This document shows positions 1 to 13,602 of a stretch of DNA of 64,000 nt, piece after piece; position 1 is the stretch's first letter; the number at the start of each line of letters is the position of its first letter. This stretch comes from Psammoneis japonica (lineage: Eukaryota). The translations under genes were made by a program, and so were the position numbers. A model generated the notes under the pieces. The model searched no databases. It saw only the letters and a program-made list of their open reading frames with translations, and was not told the DNA's origin. The DNA lies in NCBI GenBank assembly GCA_008632985.1, contig QPGO01000254.1, forward strand, positions 1 to 64,000, in the 5' to 3' direction.

Positions 1-1440
1 AACCTGTGGGCTGCTCGCCACTGACACACCCGGCAAAGCTCTGCCAGCACAAGCTGCAGGCAGGGCAAGAGCAGCAACCACTTGGAGTTGATGGCACAGG
101 GACAAGCAACTGGTGCTGAATTGGTCAGCACTGCAGAGCAGACAGGGTGTGGCAGCAGCTGGCATCAGGGGGCTGGAGAGGCACTGGAGTGACTGCAGCG
201 GCACTGGAGAGCAGTCAGCGTTTGGCCAGTTTTGGCACTGTGCCAGACAACACTGGAAGCAACAGAGGATCTTGCATCTCTGGCAAAAGTGCAGTCAGGA
301 ATGCAAGCATGAAATGAGAAGTTTGCAAAGCACCAGGTTTTTGCACCTCCAGGTTGCAGCCCCAGCAAGGAGTGCAAGCACAAGAAGTTTGCAGAGCATC
401 AGGCAGGGGAGCAACCATGCAAAAATTTGCACCCCCCTGGCCCCCCCAAGAGAAAGTTTACAGGCCTCCACAGGAGGAACACAAGAGCACAAGAAATTTG
501 CAGAGTGTGGTTGGCATTGGAGCAGTTGGTGTTTGGCCAGCCAGCAGTGCTGGAGCATGCAGCAGCGGAAGTGACAGAGGGGAACCTTGCCTCTCTCTCC
601 TTGCAGAACTGCAACCAGGAACTGTCCTGCAAAAACTTGTGTCGCTCCAGGGACCCCACATGAAAAGTTTGCAACCCCCCTCCAAGCAGTGCAAGATGCC
701 AGCAAGAGAAGTTTGCAGAGCATCAGGGGCTGCGCAGAGCCAAACTTTTGAACCTCTCTGGACCCCCTGTGGGGACCCTGCAAACAACAATGCTTTTCAC
801 AGCTGAGTGTTGCATGTGGGATTGAATGATTGAACAAATGTGACACCCACACATTTCATGAAGAAATGTGTTTGGAGCCAAGCACAGCACAGGTGTTCTT
901 GTTTTTTGCTGTTTTTTTTTTTGCACTCTTGTGCTCTGCACAGTGCATTTCTTCCAGGGGGAACCCACAATGCCCCCCATGCCTTTGCTCTAAAATCTGC
1001 AGCATGTCATTTGTTGACAGTGAGAGCTGGCAGTCTCAACAATGGCGACACTTGCTCATCTTCTTGTGCAGAGTGACTTGGCGCAAGAACAACTTGCAAA
1101 GAGAGAGCACGCCAAGCTCGCTCAGCATGGGGCTCTGCTGCACTTCACAGCAAGCAAATGAGGTCTCAGAGACCAAATGCAACCTGACTCAATTTTCAAT
1201 TCAATTGCTTTTGAATGTGACCATTGAGACCACTGCTTGGATGGTGTGACATCAGCCATTTTGAATTTCTTGCTTTTGCCACATGAAAATGGCGCGCCAG
1301 CATGTGCCTCCCACGACCTTTTGTGTGACTCCATGAGAGGAAGAAGTTCTTGTCCAAGCATCCATGCTGGGACTTGTTCTTTTTGCCAACACCAAGGACA
1401 GCTCTTTAAAAAAAAAAGCCTCTTGTCAATCGTCATGAGC
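1..1440. repeat. Degenerate repeat/transposon relic depleted of TpA and CpG (partial, runs off window start)
   Basis: Almost no TA or CG dinucleotides until about 1440, strong TG/CA excess, recurrent AGAAGTTTGCA/AAATTTGCA motifs between about 310 and 760; no recognisable protein. Confidence 0.6.
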
Positions 1441-1872
1441 TCCACGAAACGCCTTTGTGGAGGCCCAAAATCGCCGCGGAAAGAATCATCAAAGTGTGAG
1501 CGTTCTTTTCGCCATCATCATTTTTCAGAATGTCGTTCAACGAGTCATTTCGCTATAAATGCCCACAAGTCATTATCCAACAGGTCATCTCACGTAGAAT
1601 CGCTACGTAGAAACACTTATGGCATGACCGTTCAGCGCGTTCTTAGCACGAGCAAAATCACCCAGCAAAAATTTCCAAAACTCGAGGCGTTCTCTCTCAA
1701 CCTGTTGGTGCTGTTGCTGTTTTCAAGTGTGTATGCAAACAGCACCGGTTTAGTGTTTGGTAGGACTACCATCTTGGTCTACAACAGTCATTTTGTGTTG
1801 TTATAACACGTGAGAAAGGAGATAGTGTTCATAAACACACGGGCGTGTCGTCGATTGAAACACAACAAAAAC

Positions 1873-4800
1873 ATGGACTTACCTCCGGGCGCATCAGCAT
1901 CGTTACCAGGGTCTTCCTCGTCTTCGAGAGCGTCTCACCGAAAAGGCGGCATGGATAATTCGGCTGTTCCAGAGGGATCTCCACTTCCACCCGATTTGAT
2001 ACAGAGTGCTGTACAGGCGAAACCGTCCACGTTTGATGCCAAGGAGCAAGAAAAACGTCCATCCTCGACGAAAAGTCGCAAAAAGACGAGTAGTCGCCGT
2101 TCGAGTCGACGCAGAAGCAAAACGAAAAAGACTCGACTCTCAGCCTCAAGTGAGGATCTGTTGGACGATGATGACGATGATGATGGAAGTGTCTTTTCCA
2201 TTAGTTCCCTCGGAAGCAGCATGAGTTCCTCCACCAATCGCACATCTCATTCAGCCGAAATGATGACCATGATGCGAGCTCCGTATCCGAAAAGGGAACG
2301 AAACAACGACTTTTTGAATGACATGGATGACTTGGCCATGGAGGCGGGGGGCAATGACAAGAGCATGTCGGAAATGACCTTGCTTCGTGGTAATTTGGCA
2401 CGCATCAAGAGCAGTCATCTCGAATCGGTCCCGCTCGAAGAATCCCTCGTTCCACCCTCGGGGATTGATGAAAACGGTGGTGGCGGCATCACCAACACGA
2501 AAACGTGAGGAAAGTACTAATGCGTCATCCCAACACAGCCGTGCAAGCATTAGTCGCCGCAGCAGTGGTGCGGGTAGTACGACTCGTCGTTCGGCCATTT
2601 CTCACGGCAAGTTACCTCCACAAGAACTCAACATGGATGTAGCCAACGAGTACATGTTTTCCGAACGCACTCCCAAGTCGTACAGTATGGCCATGAATGA
2701 CTGGGTCATGAGACAAATGGGTGATAATGCCGCCGAACACAACAATGGCAGCAAACCGAAAACACGATCGGCATCCTCCAACACAAGCAGCGGTAGCAGT
2801 CCTCGTCTTGGTGATGGATGGGACTCGGATAAAGAAGATGATCGTTCGAGGCATGTCCGGGATATCTTTGCTCGCATGGAAGAAACAGGCATTACTCCAC
2901 CCACGACCAATCATGGCGGAGTCTATCACAATCACAAGAATTCCTCTGGTGGTGGTGGTGGTGTTTGAATTCGATCCGATCGAGATTGACGGATTCTGTT
3001 TGGAAAACAAATAATAACGATTCGTCTGCAGAAGAACGTGTCGCCATGACGACCAACATTGCACCGGCGGCATCATCGTCAGCCAATGATGATACTAATA
3101 ATCACGCCTTGGCGGTGGTTTGTGAAAATGATTTTCCACCCGGAGAAGATGTTTGTGCACCACCACGTCGCAACATTGTGAGTCGATTACTCTTTGGAGG
3201 AAGCAAGAGTTCGGCCGCCACCATGCCTATCTCCGTGACAATGTGGAACAACAAAGCACCGACCGGACAACGGCATCGACGGGTGCTGATGGAGATTATT
3301 CAAATCACAATCGCCCAGCAGGTGTCTTTCGTAACTTTGGAGAGCATTCCATTTTTTCTCGTGGCGCCCGTTGTGATTGGTGGTTCAATCAACGACGATT
3401 GGCTATTCTCTTGTTGGGTTCCATTCTTGTCACCATTTTGGCCTTGACGACTGTTTTGATTGTACAATACAACAAGGACTCGTCATCCGAATCGGCTTGG
3501 GAATCTCGGTACGGTCCTCGTTCGGAACCGACGCGTCCCAACCCATCGACTCCACCCGAGTTTGTCGACGGAGTGGATGATCCAAATCAAGTCACGACGC
3601 CGTGGAAGTTGGAGAATCTCAAGCAACTTTTGGGTCAAGTGACGCCACTCTACGAATTGAATGATCCCAATACACCCCAAGGACAAGCCATGGCATGGTT
3701 GGATCGAGACGTGCTGCAAGACAAGGAAAGTTACTTGTCGGAACACCGAGTCATGCAACGTTATGTGTTGGCGACGCTGTACTATTCCACGACGGGAGAC
3801 AACAAGGATTGGTTTGTCAAGGAGAATTGGCTTTCGTCACAACACGAGTGTACGTGGTTTGGTATCATGTGCGGTGACGATGGCAGTGACCCGACGCGTG
3901 ATGGCACTACGTTGACACACGAAGTCACGTATATCAATTGAGATCCAACGATCTTCATGGACCGATCCCAAAAGAAATCGCCAAGCTCCGCAATCTCACG
4001 CAGCTTCACTTGAATGACAATTTTCTGAGTGGAAACATCCCAACAACGCTTTCCGAGCTGTCGCATCTCCACACTCTCTTTATGGATTACAACTATCTAG
4101 ACGGAGAAATACCTGCGGAACTAAACGATTTGACGAGCCTCGTCAATGTGGACCTGGGCAACAACTCGTTGGAGGGGTCCATTCCCAATTTGGAAAAACT
4201 AACCAACCTGGTGTATTTGCGTCTGAACAATAACAATTTGTCGGGTGAGTTTCCCGAGAGTCTTGATCGACTCTTGAATGTGGAAGTTCTCACCATGGGG
4301 AACAATGGCATTCGAGGTACGCTGCCGGTGGCTTTGGAAGAACACCAGAAATTACGAATTCTTCACTTGCACGAAAACAGATTGGAGGGTGCCATTCCAG
4401 AGTGCAAATCCCCCGTTCTGGAAGAGATTCACTTGGATAACAACGAATTCACTGGCTCGATTCCATACATTGTGGAAGCCAAGAGAACGCCGACCCTGCG
4501 AGAATTGCGCCTGGAGCGCAACAAGCTGAGTGGTAGCATACCGTTGGTCCTGTCGGAAATGTACAAGCTCGAGAAACTTTGGCTTGATGACAACAATGTG
4601 AGTTTGTACGAATAGTGAGTGGCATGCCTGTTGATACTCTTGCCCCATATTTCTAACACCTTTTGTGCTGCCTTTTGATAACAGCTGACTGGTAAAATAC
4701 CACATGAACTCGGGCGGCTAGAAAGTCTCAAGTCTCTCAGACTTCTTCAGAATGATCTATCCGGAACGGTACCAGGCTCGATTTGTTCTCTGCGTTCGTT

Positions 4801-4882
4801 TAGTCTCTCCACTTTTCAAGCAACGTGCGATGGATCAAATCCGTCGCTCTCGTGCTCCTGCTGCACTCGGTGTACGTGGTAG
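1873..4882 (+). CDS. Single-pass membrane leucine-rich repeat protein (diatom LRR receptor-like); four apparent frameshifts, intron 4598-4684
   Basis: Low-complexity N-terminus, TM segment (LAILLLGSILVTILALTTVLIV), PQGQAMAWL/QRYVLATLYYST/HECTWFGIMC cap, plant-type LxxLxLxxNxLxGxIP repeats, C-terminal CSCCTRC; ORFs join through frameshifts near 2500, 2965, 3230 and 3938. Confidence 0.85.
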
Positions 4883-5051
4883 GCGTCCACAAACGCATAG
4901 GTGCGTTTGACCCTGTCATCTTAGTGAAAGTGGAACCGTCAGAAACGAATACCATAGAATGTACATGGGATTCTAGTAGTACAAAGTACCTTTGCATTTC
5001 GTTGTTCACTACTCCATCTCGTATGTGCATGTGTTTGCGCTACTAGTTAGA

Positions 5052-8000
5052 CTAAACAAGCTTTCGAGCTGAACCGGGAACACCGTATCCAGTTGGAGGA
5101 TTAAGGCCGCCTATCAGCCCAATCACTCCTGACCCTCTTCGAGACCATCCTAAACTACTACCAGGCCCACTGCTGCTCGTTCGACTTTGCTGGAGCATTA
5201 TTTCATCCAATTCAGTGATTCGAGCGGCAAAACCATCGACGTACCCCTCCAGAATCTTCCTGTCGTCGCTTTCAAGTTTGGGTTCCATCAAGAGCGCTTC
5301 TGCCAACAAACCAGCAGATCGATAGCAAGTCCGAGCAGCTTCGTTCTGACCTAGCAATTGCTTTACAGCTCCATCACGACCGCAGGCCAAGGCGTGATTG
5401 TAAATCAGCTCCTCCACACTCACTGTGGGCGGTGGCGGCGCCGGAACTGTGACAGTTCGGTCAGCAACCGGTTGGGATGTGGGGACCTTACCAACCTCGA
5501 CATTTGCTGCGTCGGCACGTTCTAACACTCCGGTGAATTGACCCGAGAGCCAAGTTGACGTGACCTCGCATCGTTTACGAATGCCATCTAGACAATTTCG
5601 TTGATCCGTTGTCAGTGGAGCGCTGCTGAGGGTGTCAAGATCGAGCCTCACCCTCTGTGCGGCACTAACGCTACCCTTCAACATGGATAAGCCTTCAATA
5701 GCACGACAACGCCTCTCTGAAATGGGACTGGATCACCTTGGGACTGGGTTTCACCGGTACAGACGACTTGCTCGATGCTCTGCTCCTGTCGCCCTGGGGC
5801 AAGCTGGAAACACTTACTCTAACTGGGATTTCTGATGCCTTTGGAGGATCCTGAGGAGCGATTGCAAAGGGCATTTCCTCGTCGTCCTCCTCTTCCTGCT
5901 TTGCTTCCGTCATGGTTCGATCAGACGATATCGATCCCCGACGAGATGGGGCAGCCTTTTCTGTTTCGGTGGAGCAAGACCCATCCTCTTCACAGTCTGT
6001 CACGGCGGCGCTACTGTGCTCGTCACTTGCCTCTTCTACTCCTTCCATTGGAGTGGAGGACAAAATGGACGACCCCTCTTCGTTCATCATTACCATTCGC
6101 ATCGCCATGTAGGCACGTGTGTCGCCCAAATGTGCCACGCTCACGGCCCGCCTTCCCACATCTTCGGCTGTTGTTAGGGTTTTGCTGATCTTTCCCAACT
6201 GCGAATCTATTCGAGTGGGACTACTGCTCACACTTTCATTCATGAGACGGGCAGGGGCGCCCAGCATCTCGACAAGAGCGCCGCCAGTACCTGGACTCGT
6301 GCTCAGCATGCCCTTGGGCACGTGAGGGCTGCTCTGTTTCTCGTTCACGACAAGATACGAGTCTCCTCGAGACTGCGCGTTCGAGTAGTATCTCGAGGAG
6401 GTGGGCGTTGTTGTCGTTGTCCGAACAACTGAAGTGGATGGCGACTGCGAAGCACTCTTCTCAACCATGACAAAGCCGCTGTCGTCACTCGAATTTTGAG
6501 ATCTTCCGCCGGGTGGAGTACCTGAATTGCCCGAATGTGGAGGCGATTCTGCCTTTTGATAGAGGACCGGTGGCAATTGCGGTCGACCGGAAATTCTACT
6601 TTCCAAGCTCGGAAATGGAGGTGATTTGTTCGAAATGACGTGTGTGCCGCTGATCAATCCATCACTTGGGGGACTCGGCTCCAAAGGAGCAAAGCCATGA
6701 TATGGCGACGGCTTCATCATTGCCAGAGGAGCACTCGTTTGAACTTGCGCAACTTGCTGCTGCTGCTGCTGCTGGAATTGATTCGGTTCCAGTGGTAAGC
6801 TTGGAGCGGGCGCAACAGGTGGAGCTGGAGTCGGACCCAGAGGAGGAGACACAAAGTTTGTCGGTGCTGCCGCAGCAGGAGGAGGATTCGCAGTAGTTTG
6901 CACCGTCATCATGCTGGCTGCTGTTCCATGATTTGCAGAAGACGGATCACCTTCTGGTATTGTACCTAGATCCATTTTCGGTTGCGGGAAGCTTCCTTGT
7001 TGTTCTTGTAATTTCTCCCCAACACCAACACTTCCCTCACCCTCGCAGCCCAACGCCACAAAGGCATTCGCCGCTTCGAAAAACTCCTTGAATCCAGCGC
7101 GACTCAGAGGATTACGATTCAGAAGCAATCGTAACATGGTGACACACTCCTTGCTCACTCGTACATCAGGTGGAAGACGCACAGCCTTGCGTTGAATGTT
7201 GCGTAACAAGTCAATGTGGTTCTCACCATGAAAGGGTGGGCGACCGGAAATCATTTCAAACAGAACCGTCCCGACGCTCCACAAGTCAGCCTTGGCGTCG
7301 TATCTAACGATGCAAAGCAACGCGAAGTTGTGAGAGAAATTTAAAAGACATAAAAAACATCATGTAATTCATCCCGAGCGAACATACCTGTGATGCTGCA
7401 GAATTTCGGGCGCCATATACAGCGGCGAACCGCAAAGAGTTTCAGCCAGAGAAGCCGTCTGTAAATGTCTAGCAAATCCAAAATCAGCAATTTTCAAAGC
7501 AAACTTGGAAGAAGGAAAGTTAGCTTGACGCCTTGCATCTTCATGAGCCTCCAGTTTGGCAGGGTCGTGCAGCTCATCCAGAGGCAGTGGGCCGGAAAGC
7601 AACAAATTCTGAGGTTTGATATCTCGGTGAATCAGCTCCTGGCCCCAGAGGAATTGTAGACCAGACGCCAAATCTCGTACAAGTCGCCTCGTGAGTCGTT
7701 CCGTCAATCGACCCGTTTTGCGGGTGCGTATAAGCCGTTGCACGTCGCCTCCGCCGCAGTATTCTAAAATTAAATAAAAGTGCCGTTCTGTTTTTTGTAC
7801 ATCGTGCAGACAAACAATATTGGGATGTCGATAAGTCCGCAGAATGGAGATTTCCATTTCTAAATTCTCCATAACTTTCTTTGTCAGTTTTTCGCTTGAT
7901 CTCGTAATGGCTTTTATGGCCACCGTGTCTTCGTCGGTTGGCGATGGTAGAGCTTCGACCTTGACACCTTTATATACAGTTGCAAACGAGCCTGATCCGA

Positions 8001-8097
8001 GACGTTGTTGCAGCGCGTAGCCAGCCACCATTTTCACCCGATTCCCACCATTGTTATCGGGTGTTATATGAGTCGACATGGTCTGATTGGAGTTCAT
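5052..8097 (-). CDS. ATG1: Serine/threonine kinase ATG1/ULK; intron 7304-7387, apparent indels near 5690
   Basis: GSGSFATVYKG, VAIK, HRDIKPQNLLL, KIADFGFARHL, ETLCGSPLYMAPE, YDAKADLWSVG; C-terminal EELIYNHAL resembles the ATG1 MIT-like region. Confidence 0.9.
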
Positions 8098-9451
8098 GGT
8101 GAACCCTTGGTAGCATGAGAATGTTGATGAGAAAAGAAAATAATCACCGTGTCGTCGTTCTGTTCTGGGCTGATGTGGAGGCGAAATTGTTCTGTTTTGG
8201 TCTGCAAGAATAAAAAAGCGCGACATCGAAAGCCATAAGTAAGCATGACGATTTTCAGAAAGTGAATAAATAAAATATATATTGAACGGAAACAAATGAC
8301 GTCAAGTAGCGAATCACATCGAGTGACGTAATCGTTCAAAAAAGGCGGCAAAACCAGACGAAATTCCGGCAAATCACGCAAAAACTCCAATCCAAAAAAA
8401 TCAAAACTGCAAGCTGAACAAGATCGCAGAAGCGATGACGTATCGCATTTAACAAGTTTTGGGTTGTCAACCAATAATTATCAATACATGTTTGCATGTA
8501 ATAAAGACAAAGAGTCCCCTTCGATATGTCCAAATTTTCAAAAACAAGACTAAAATCACGAAAATCCGTCCAAGTCGTGTCAAGTTTTGAGAAAAATCGC
8601 CACGTAGGAGGCGTGAACGTCATGATGACGACAGCAGGTGTCGCATCCAGGATATGAACGGTATACAAATACATATACCACATAATGTCACTGGGTGTCA
8701 CGATTTGATTGGGTGCGCGCCGGTTTTGTCGCGTTGAAGATTTTCACGAAAAAATCGCCGCGTGTTGAACGATCCAGGATCGTGTCGTGAATGAATGAGG
8801 CAACGATCCAATCGGCAACAAAGCGAATAGATTAAATGAAGCAACAGGAAGTAATGTGTATGATGTGTAGTTTTTCATGGAGCTGAAAGAAATCGTCGCA
8901 GCAAAAGCGGTGCTTCGAGAACACGGAACAAACACGTCTCATGATTCGTGAATCTGGCGAGACTGGACGAAATTGTACGCACCTTTGGCAATCGCGCTTT
9001 GTACAACAATCCACAAACAGATTTTATGAATGGCAGGAGATTCGATCGACCATGTGCGCGTCTCGATGTATTTGTTCTTTTTGTTCGGCAGAGCAGCAAA
9101 GAGTGTGTTGCAACCCAAACCGAGAAAATTTGAGAATGGCACGTTTGAGCCTGCTTCTCACGCGCGCTGGTGACTGGAGGCGAGTACGTATGGGCTTATC
9201 CGGGTTTCTTTTGTGGTATGTATGTCGTAACATTCTACTTACTGTAGACTAACGTTGGATCTGGTACGTTTGAGGCGGCATATTTCTGAAAGGTGAAAGG
9301 CCGCTTCCCGCGACATGCGCATGAGGCGATCTTTCCAAAAAAGCCATGACATCTTCAAGCAATCTCGCATCACTTTTTTGTACGTAGAGCATGACAAGGT
9401 GTGTTTTCACACGCGTACTGACTTCTCCAACTCCCCGGCAGCCAATAAACA

Positions 9452-11283
9452 ATGTCCTTCAAAGCATTGGGTTTGTCCTTGGTCCTCCTTTCCGCCGTTT
9501 CGGCGTCCTCGCCTGAAGAAGAATCGTCCAGATTCGGTGGATTCAGTCTGATAGATCCCCCGCCCTCTGTTCCCGAAACGACTCAACCTTTGCACGATCT
9601 TCACAATGAGGCCACTCGCATGCTTTATGGTACGTATGATTCGTATTTGTCTTTAATTTTCATAGCTTCGGTTGTCTAACTTTTTCTGGCAAACAGCATC
9701 CCAACTGGTTTACATGTTTGGCAGACTGGTCAATGCTACCTACACGGACTACGATATGGCGAAAGAAGCGCTGAAAGAGTCTTTGATGCAAGCAACATCA
9801 GAAAACTCGAAGGAAATGGAGGCAGTGATGAAAATGGTACTGCCAGGGTCGGACGTGAACGATGCTATCTTGGTAGGGTTGCGGAAACTAAAGGAAATTT
9901 CTAAAGAACCGATAGTCGAGGAGGTGACAGGAATCCTTGAAGCAATCCTTCCGAGCGACGAAGAAAACAACCTGAACCCGGCGAATGTGATCATTGACAA
10001 GCTATCAACTGATATCTTAGGGGAGGTTTTTGAAAAACTGAGAGAGGAAGGAAAACAGCCTCCAATTTCGTTTCGTGATGTGGTCTTTTGGCTTTCGATG
10101 TTTGGAGAGTTCTTGACGAAGAAAGGACTGGCTGACGAATTTGAAATGAAGCTCATTGAGGACATCAAGGGAAGGGAAGAATTGAAGAGCATTTGGATTG
10201 AAATGTTTGAGAGCTGGTACCAGCGGACAGAATGCGTTGCCGGGATTGTTCGCGACGAGTAAGTGCCGTCGTGGCTGCGCTCAAAGTCCCTTCTTTCGTT
10301 GTGTCTCATGATGGACTGGAAACTCACCGACAATTGATTCGCTTTTAGTAATCGTCAAAGTTACATTGTTACGTTTCGGGGCTCTGTCGGAAAAAGTAAG
10401 TCTTAGAGATCATCGAATAATCTGCACGTTCACTCAGTTTCATCCCTCATGTTCAAGTGCGTAAAGTATTCCCATCACCTGCCGACTTAGGTAGGGATTG
10501 GGTCCGAAACCGTCAAGTGGGTCTAGCAGATATGGAAATCCCTCCGGTGTTAAATCATGTCAAAAACAAAACGACTGTTCAAGTCCATCAAGGCTTTCAT
10601 GGTGAGTGCTACTACTGAGAAGGATGGGATATTATCTGTGAATCGTGACACTCACGATACCGCGGTTCTCTTGCGAAGAATACTTGTTCAACAATACGGA
10701 CAAGTTGGGACGAGCTCAGATGTACAATAAGCTGAAGGACAAACTTGATAGTCTTTTGAAAGAAAAGAAAAACTACAATTTGTACGTTGCCGGCCACTCC
10801 CTTGGAGGCGCGTTGGCGACCTTGGCTTCTTTCAAGCTGTCGGGTACCAACGATGCATGGATCCCCAAGCCGGTGCGCTGCATCACATTCGGCTCACCAA
10901 GGGTGAGGACCCAGGAATTCCGCTACGCCTTCTCTGTCCTTGAGAAGAACAACTTGATTCGGTACCTTCGCGTTTCAAATCAAGAGGACGTCGTCCCAGC
11001 AATCCCACCGGTTTCGTGGGGAAAATTCCCTTTGAAACGGTATACTCAGGTAGGTATCAACTTGATTCTATACAAGATGTCAAAAGATCCACCCGTCTTT
11101 GTCTATGCCAAAGATGAAAATGGTCGTAGTCGGGCGTTCAGCAACAACATACTGAGAAAATCTCTCCGGGACATGACAACCTATCACGGTCTGAATCTCA
11201 CGAAAGCTCGGTTGGATCGTGATGTTGCATTGCTGAATAATCGGACCATCGACGAACTTTACCAAGATAACACCATTGTTTAA
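9452..11283 (+). CDS. Secreted class 3 lipase, multi-exon
   Basis: Signal peptide MSFKALGLSLVLLSAVSA; VTFRGS, VHQGF, VAGHSLGGALA nucleophile elbow, TFGSPRV, DVVPAIPP; several GT-AG introns, exact exon edges not all resolved. Confidence 0.85.
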
Positions 11284-11437
11284 TTCCATTCGTCATTGCA
11301 AATTCGCTATTGTAATACAGGAGAGCTCGCGAGGTGAGTCGCGTTTTGCGCAAAGCACGATTTAATCTCTGATGTTCCCGACTGTTCGTAATCCCACACA
11401 AAATTACAATGCAATGGAAACTACCTTTTGTTTGGAC

Positions 11438-12236
11438 CATGACATCGACTAATCCAGCCAAGTCAGCAATGAAGGGTGCTTCAGAAGTTCCCAGCGCCGT
11501 ACCTGTCGCACCTCAACCTGCTGCTGTCGAATTTAAGGGAATTGAGGTTGTCGAAGTTGCCAACAAGGAAACCGGACAATCCCAAGTGGCTTTTCAGATT
11601 CATCCAATTGAATGTTTTAAGTTCTTGACAAGATGGATGAAAGAGTATAATGTAATGCACACACTCAAAGAGTGGGCTGCATCGGTTGAATGGGAAGCGC
11701 AAGTCTGGACACCTCTCAAGCATTGGTCGAAAGAGCAAGACTGGAACAAGATGAAGAAAGAAGTCAAGGAAGGCTTGGAGGAGGTGGACTGGAAGCAAGT
11801 GAGAAAGGATGTCAAAGATGACCTGGAGAAGGTGGATTGGAAAGAGGTTCAACGAGATGTCAAGGATAGCTTGAAAGAAGTGGATTGGAAGGAGGTGCGC
11901 CAGCAAGTTCACGAGGGGATGGACCAGGTCGACTGGAAGCAAGTCAAGCAGGAAGCTAAAGAGGTTGCTGATATTGTGGGAGTTCAAGACGGCGTTTCGG
12001 GACTATTGCCAGGAAGTCTCATAGACGAACAGGGAAGTATAAAATGGGATCAAGTCACAAAGAGCGTCAAGGAGCTGTGTCCGGAAGGCCTAGCTTCGAG
12101 CGAACTGGTAGCGGGCGACTTGAATGAAGCATTGCAGCATGCTCGAGACTTGTGTCCAGAAGAATTAGAATGTGAGCAAGCTTGGAAATCTATAAAGCAG
12201 AAGCTTTGGAATGCCAAAAACGAGAAAGAAGAATGA
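11438..12236 (+). CDS. Hypothetical protein with five 16-aa (V)DWKxVxxxVxxxL repeats
   Basis: Intact ORF with a 48-nt repeat period (GTGGACTGGAAG at 11784, GTGGATTGGAAA at 11832). Confidence 0.7.
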
Positions 12237-12463
12237 TCGCCCGCGTAGAAAACCCCGGCAACGGTGGGTGGCATGTTAGATATGTGTACTGTCCTTGAAA
12301 GAAACTTCTTTGATTTTCATATAAAATTCAATCATGTATTACGTGCAGTAGTTATTCTTTTTTTTTCTTTCGTTGCCTTGCTCTCAAAGCCCGTCAATGA
12401 TCGATAACAACTTTGTTTCTATTCCCTGAGCTACCTGAAGCTCTTGCCTGGATTGAGAGCGAC

Positions 12464-13570
12464 TCAAGCTGTAATCATTGCGGTATTGGTGTCTTCTTCC
12501 TCGACTTTATCTTCATCTTCAAGCTCTTCTCGAAGATCGCCGAGAATCATGACAAGCATGCTAGTAATCTCCTGGCTCAAATTGTACTTGAGCCGAAGGT
12601 AATCGATACGTTCCGCAACAAGGGCCTCTTCAATCTCATAGATAAAGAGCTGCTTGTTTAGCTGTTTTTCAGCGGCATTGATAATGTGCCACGCTCCGTT
12701 GATGTTGAATGGAACCGAGTACATGAGAAAGGTCCATCCCTCCATGGTGAGCGCGTTGACATTTGCACCGTGCTGAAGAAGCAAGTCTAAAAAGGGAATA
12801 TTGACCCCGGCGCGGCTCGAGCACGCCTTGTGGAGTGGCGTGGCACGGTCCATGTTTTCACCCATGCGGGCATTCACGTCGGCACCATGCTCCAAGAGGA
12901 TGCGACCCAGCGTCACGTGACGCTCTCGTAATTCAGGGCCATCCTTTTCGTCGTGAGGTGCCATGTCACTTAACCAGTGGAGACAGGTGCCTCCGTCAGG
13001 ACCCGGATCTGAAAGGGCGGAAGGATCAGCGCCATTTCGTAGCAAGAGCGTGAGTGGAAAGGTTGGTTCACGCATGCGTTCCGACGTCCACCTCTTGTCC
13101 GTGGGAGCATTCACGGCAATGGCAACGGCACCAAAGACGGCTTGACTAAGCTCGTTGCGCACTACATCGGGAGATTGAGTGCCGTTCCACCACTTGCGTT
13201 TCGTTTCGCGAATGAGCTTGTTTTGCGTCTCGACATCATGGCCCTCGAGCCATCCGGCAAAGAGATCTTGGAGGTAGGGCTTCTTGCTGGACCATTCCAA
13301 CGCCTTGTCGACGACATTATTGAAGGTTTCAAGGTGATCTTCAATCGTGTGGACCTTTGGGGTTTCCTCTGGTGTGTCTTCCTTTTCCGTCGGTTCACTA
13401 TTCACGTGATCCTTGACAATACTCACTTCCATGGGAGGATAGGAATCCTCTTCATGCGGTTCTTCGTACTGCGAACACCAATCACTCGAGACTTTACTAC
13501 TCTCCGTGTCTGATTCGTCGTCGTCCTTTAGACACCAATCAAGCAAGGAATCGTCGTGTGTCCTGGCCAT
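12464..13570 (-). CDS. Ankyrin repeat protein
   Basis: LLLRNGADP, GGTCLHW, LLEHGADVNA, TPLHKAC, LLLQHGANVNA; intact 368-aa ORF. Confidence 0.85.
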   Translation of the reverse strand: MARTHDDSLLDWCLKDDDESDTESSKVSSDWCSQYEEPHEEDSYPPMEVSIVKDHVNSEPTEKEDTPEETPKVHTIEDHLETFNNVVDKALEWSSKKPYLQDLFAGWLEGHDVETQNKLIRETKRKWWNGTQSPDVVRNELSQAVFGAVAIAVNAPTDKRWTSERMREPTFPLTLLLRNGADPSALSDPGPDGGTCLHWLSDMAPHDEKDGPELRERHVTLGRILLEHGADVNARMGENMDRATPLHKACSSRAGVNIPFLDLLLQHGANVNALTMEGWTFLMYSVPFNINGAWHIINAAEKQLNKQLFIYEIEEALVAERIDYLRLKYNLSQEITSMLVMILGDLREELEDEDKVEEEDTNTAMITA

Positions 13571-13602
13571 GATTCAGAAGACGATCTTGTTGTCAAAGAA
13601 AT

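Noticed and set aside
300..760. Recurrent AGAAGTTTGCA motif as a CRISPR array
   Set aside because: Short, degenerate, irregularly spaced, eukaryotic context and no cas genes
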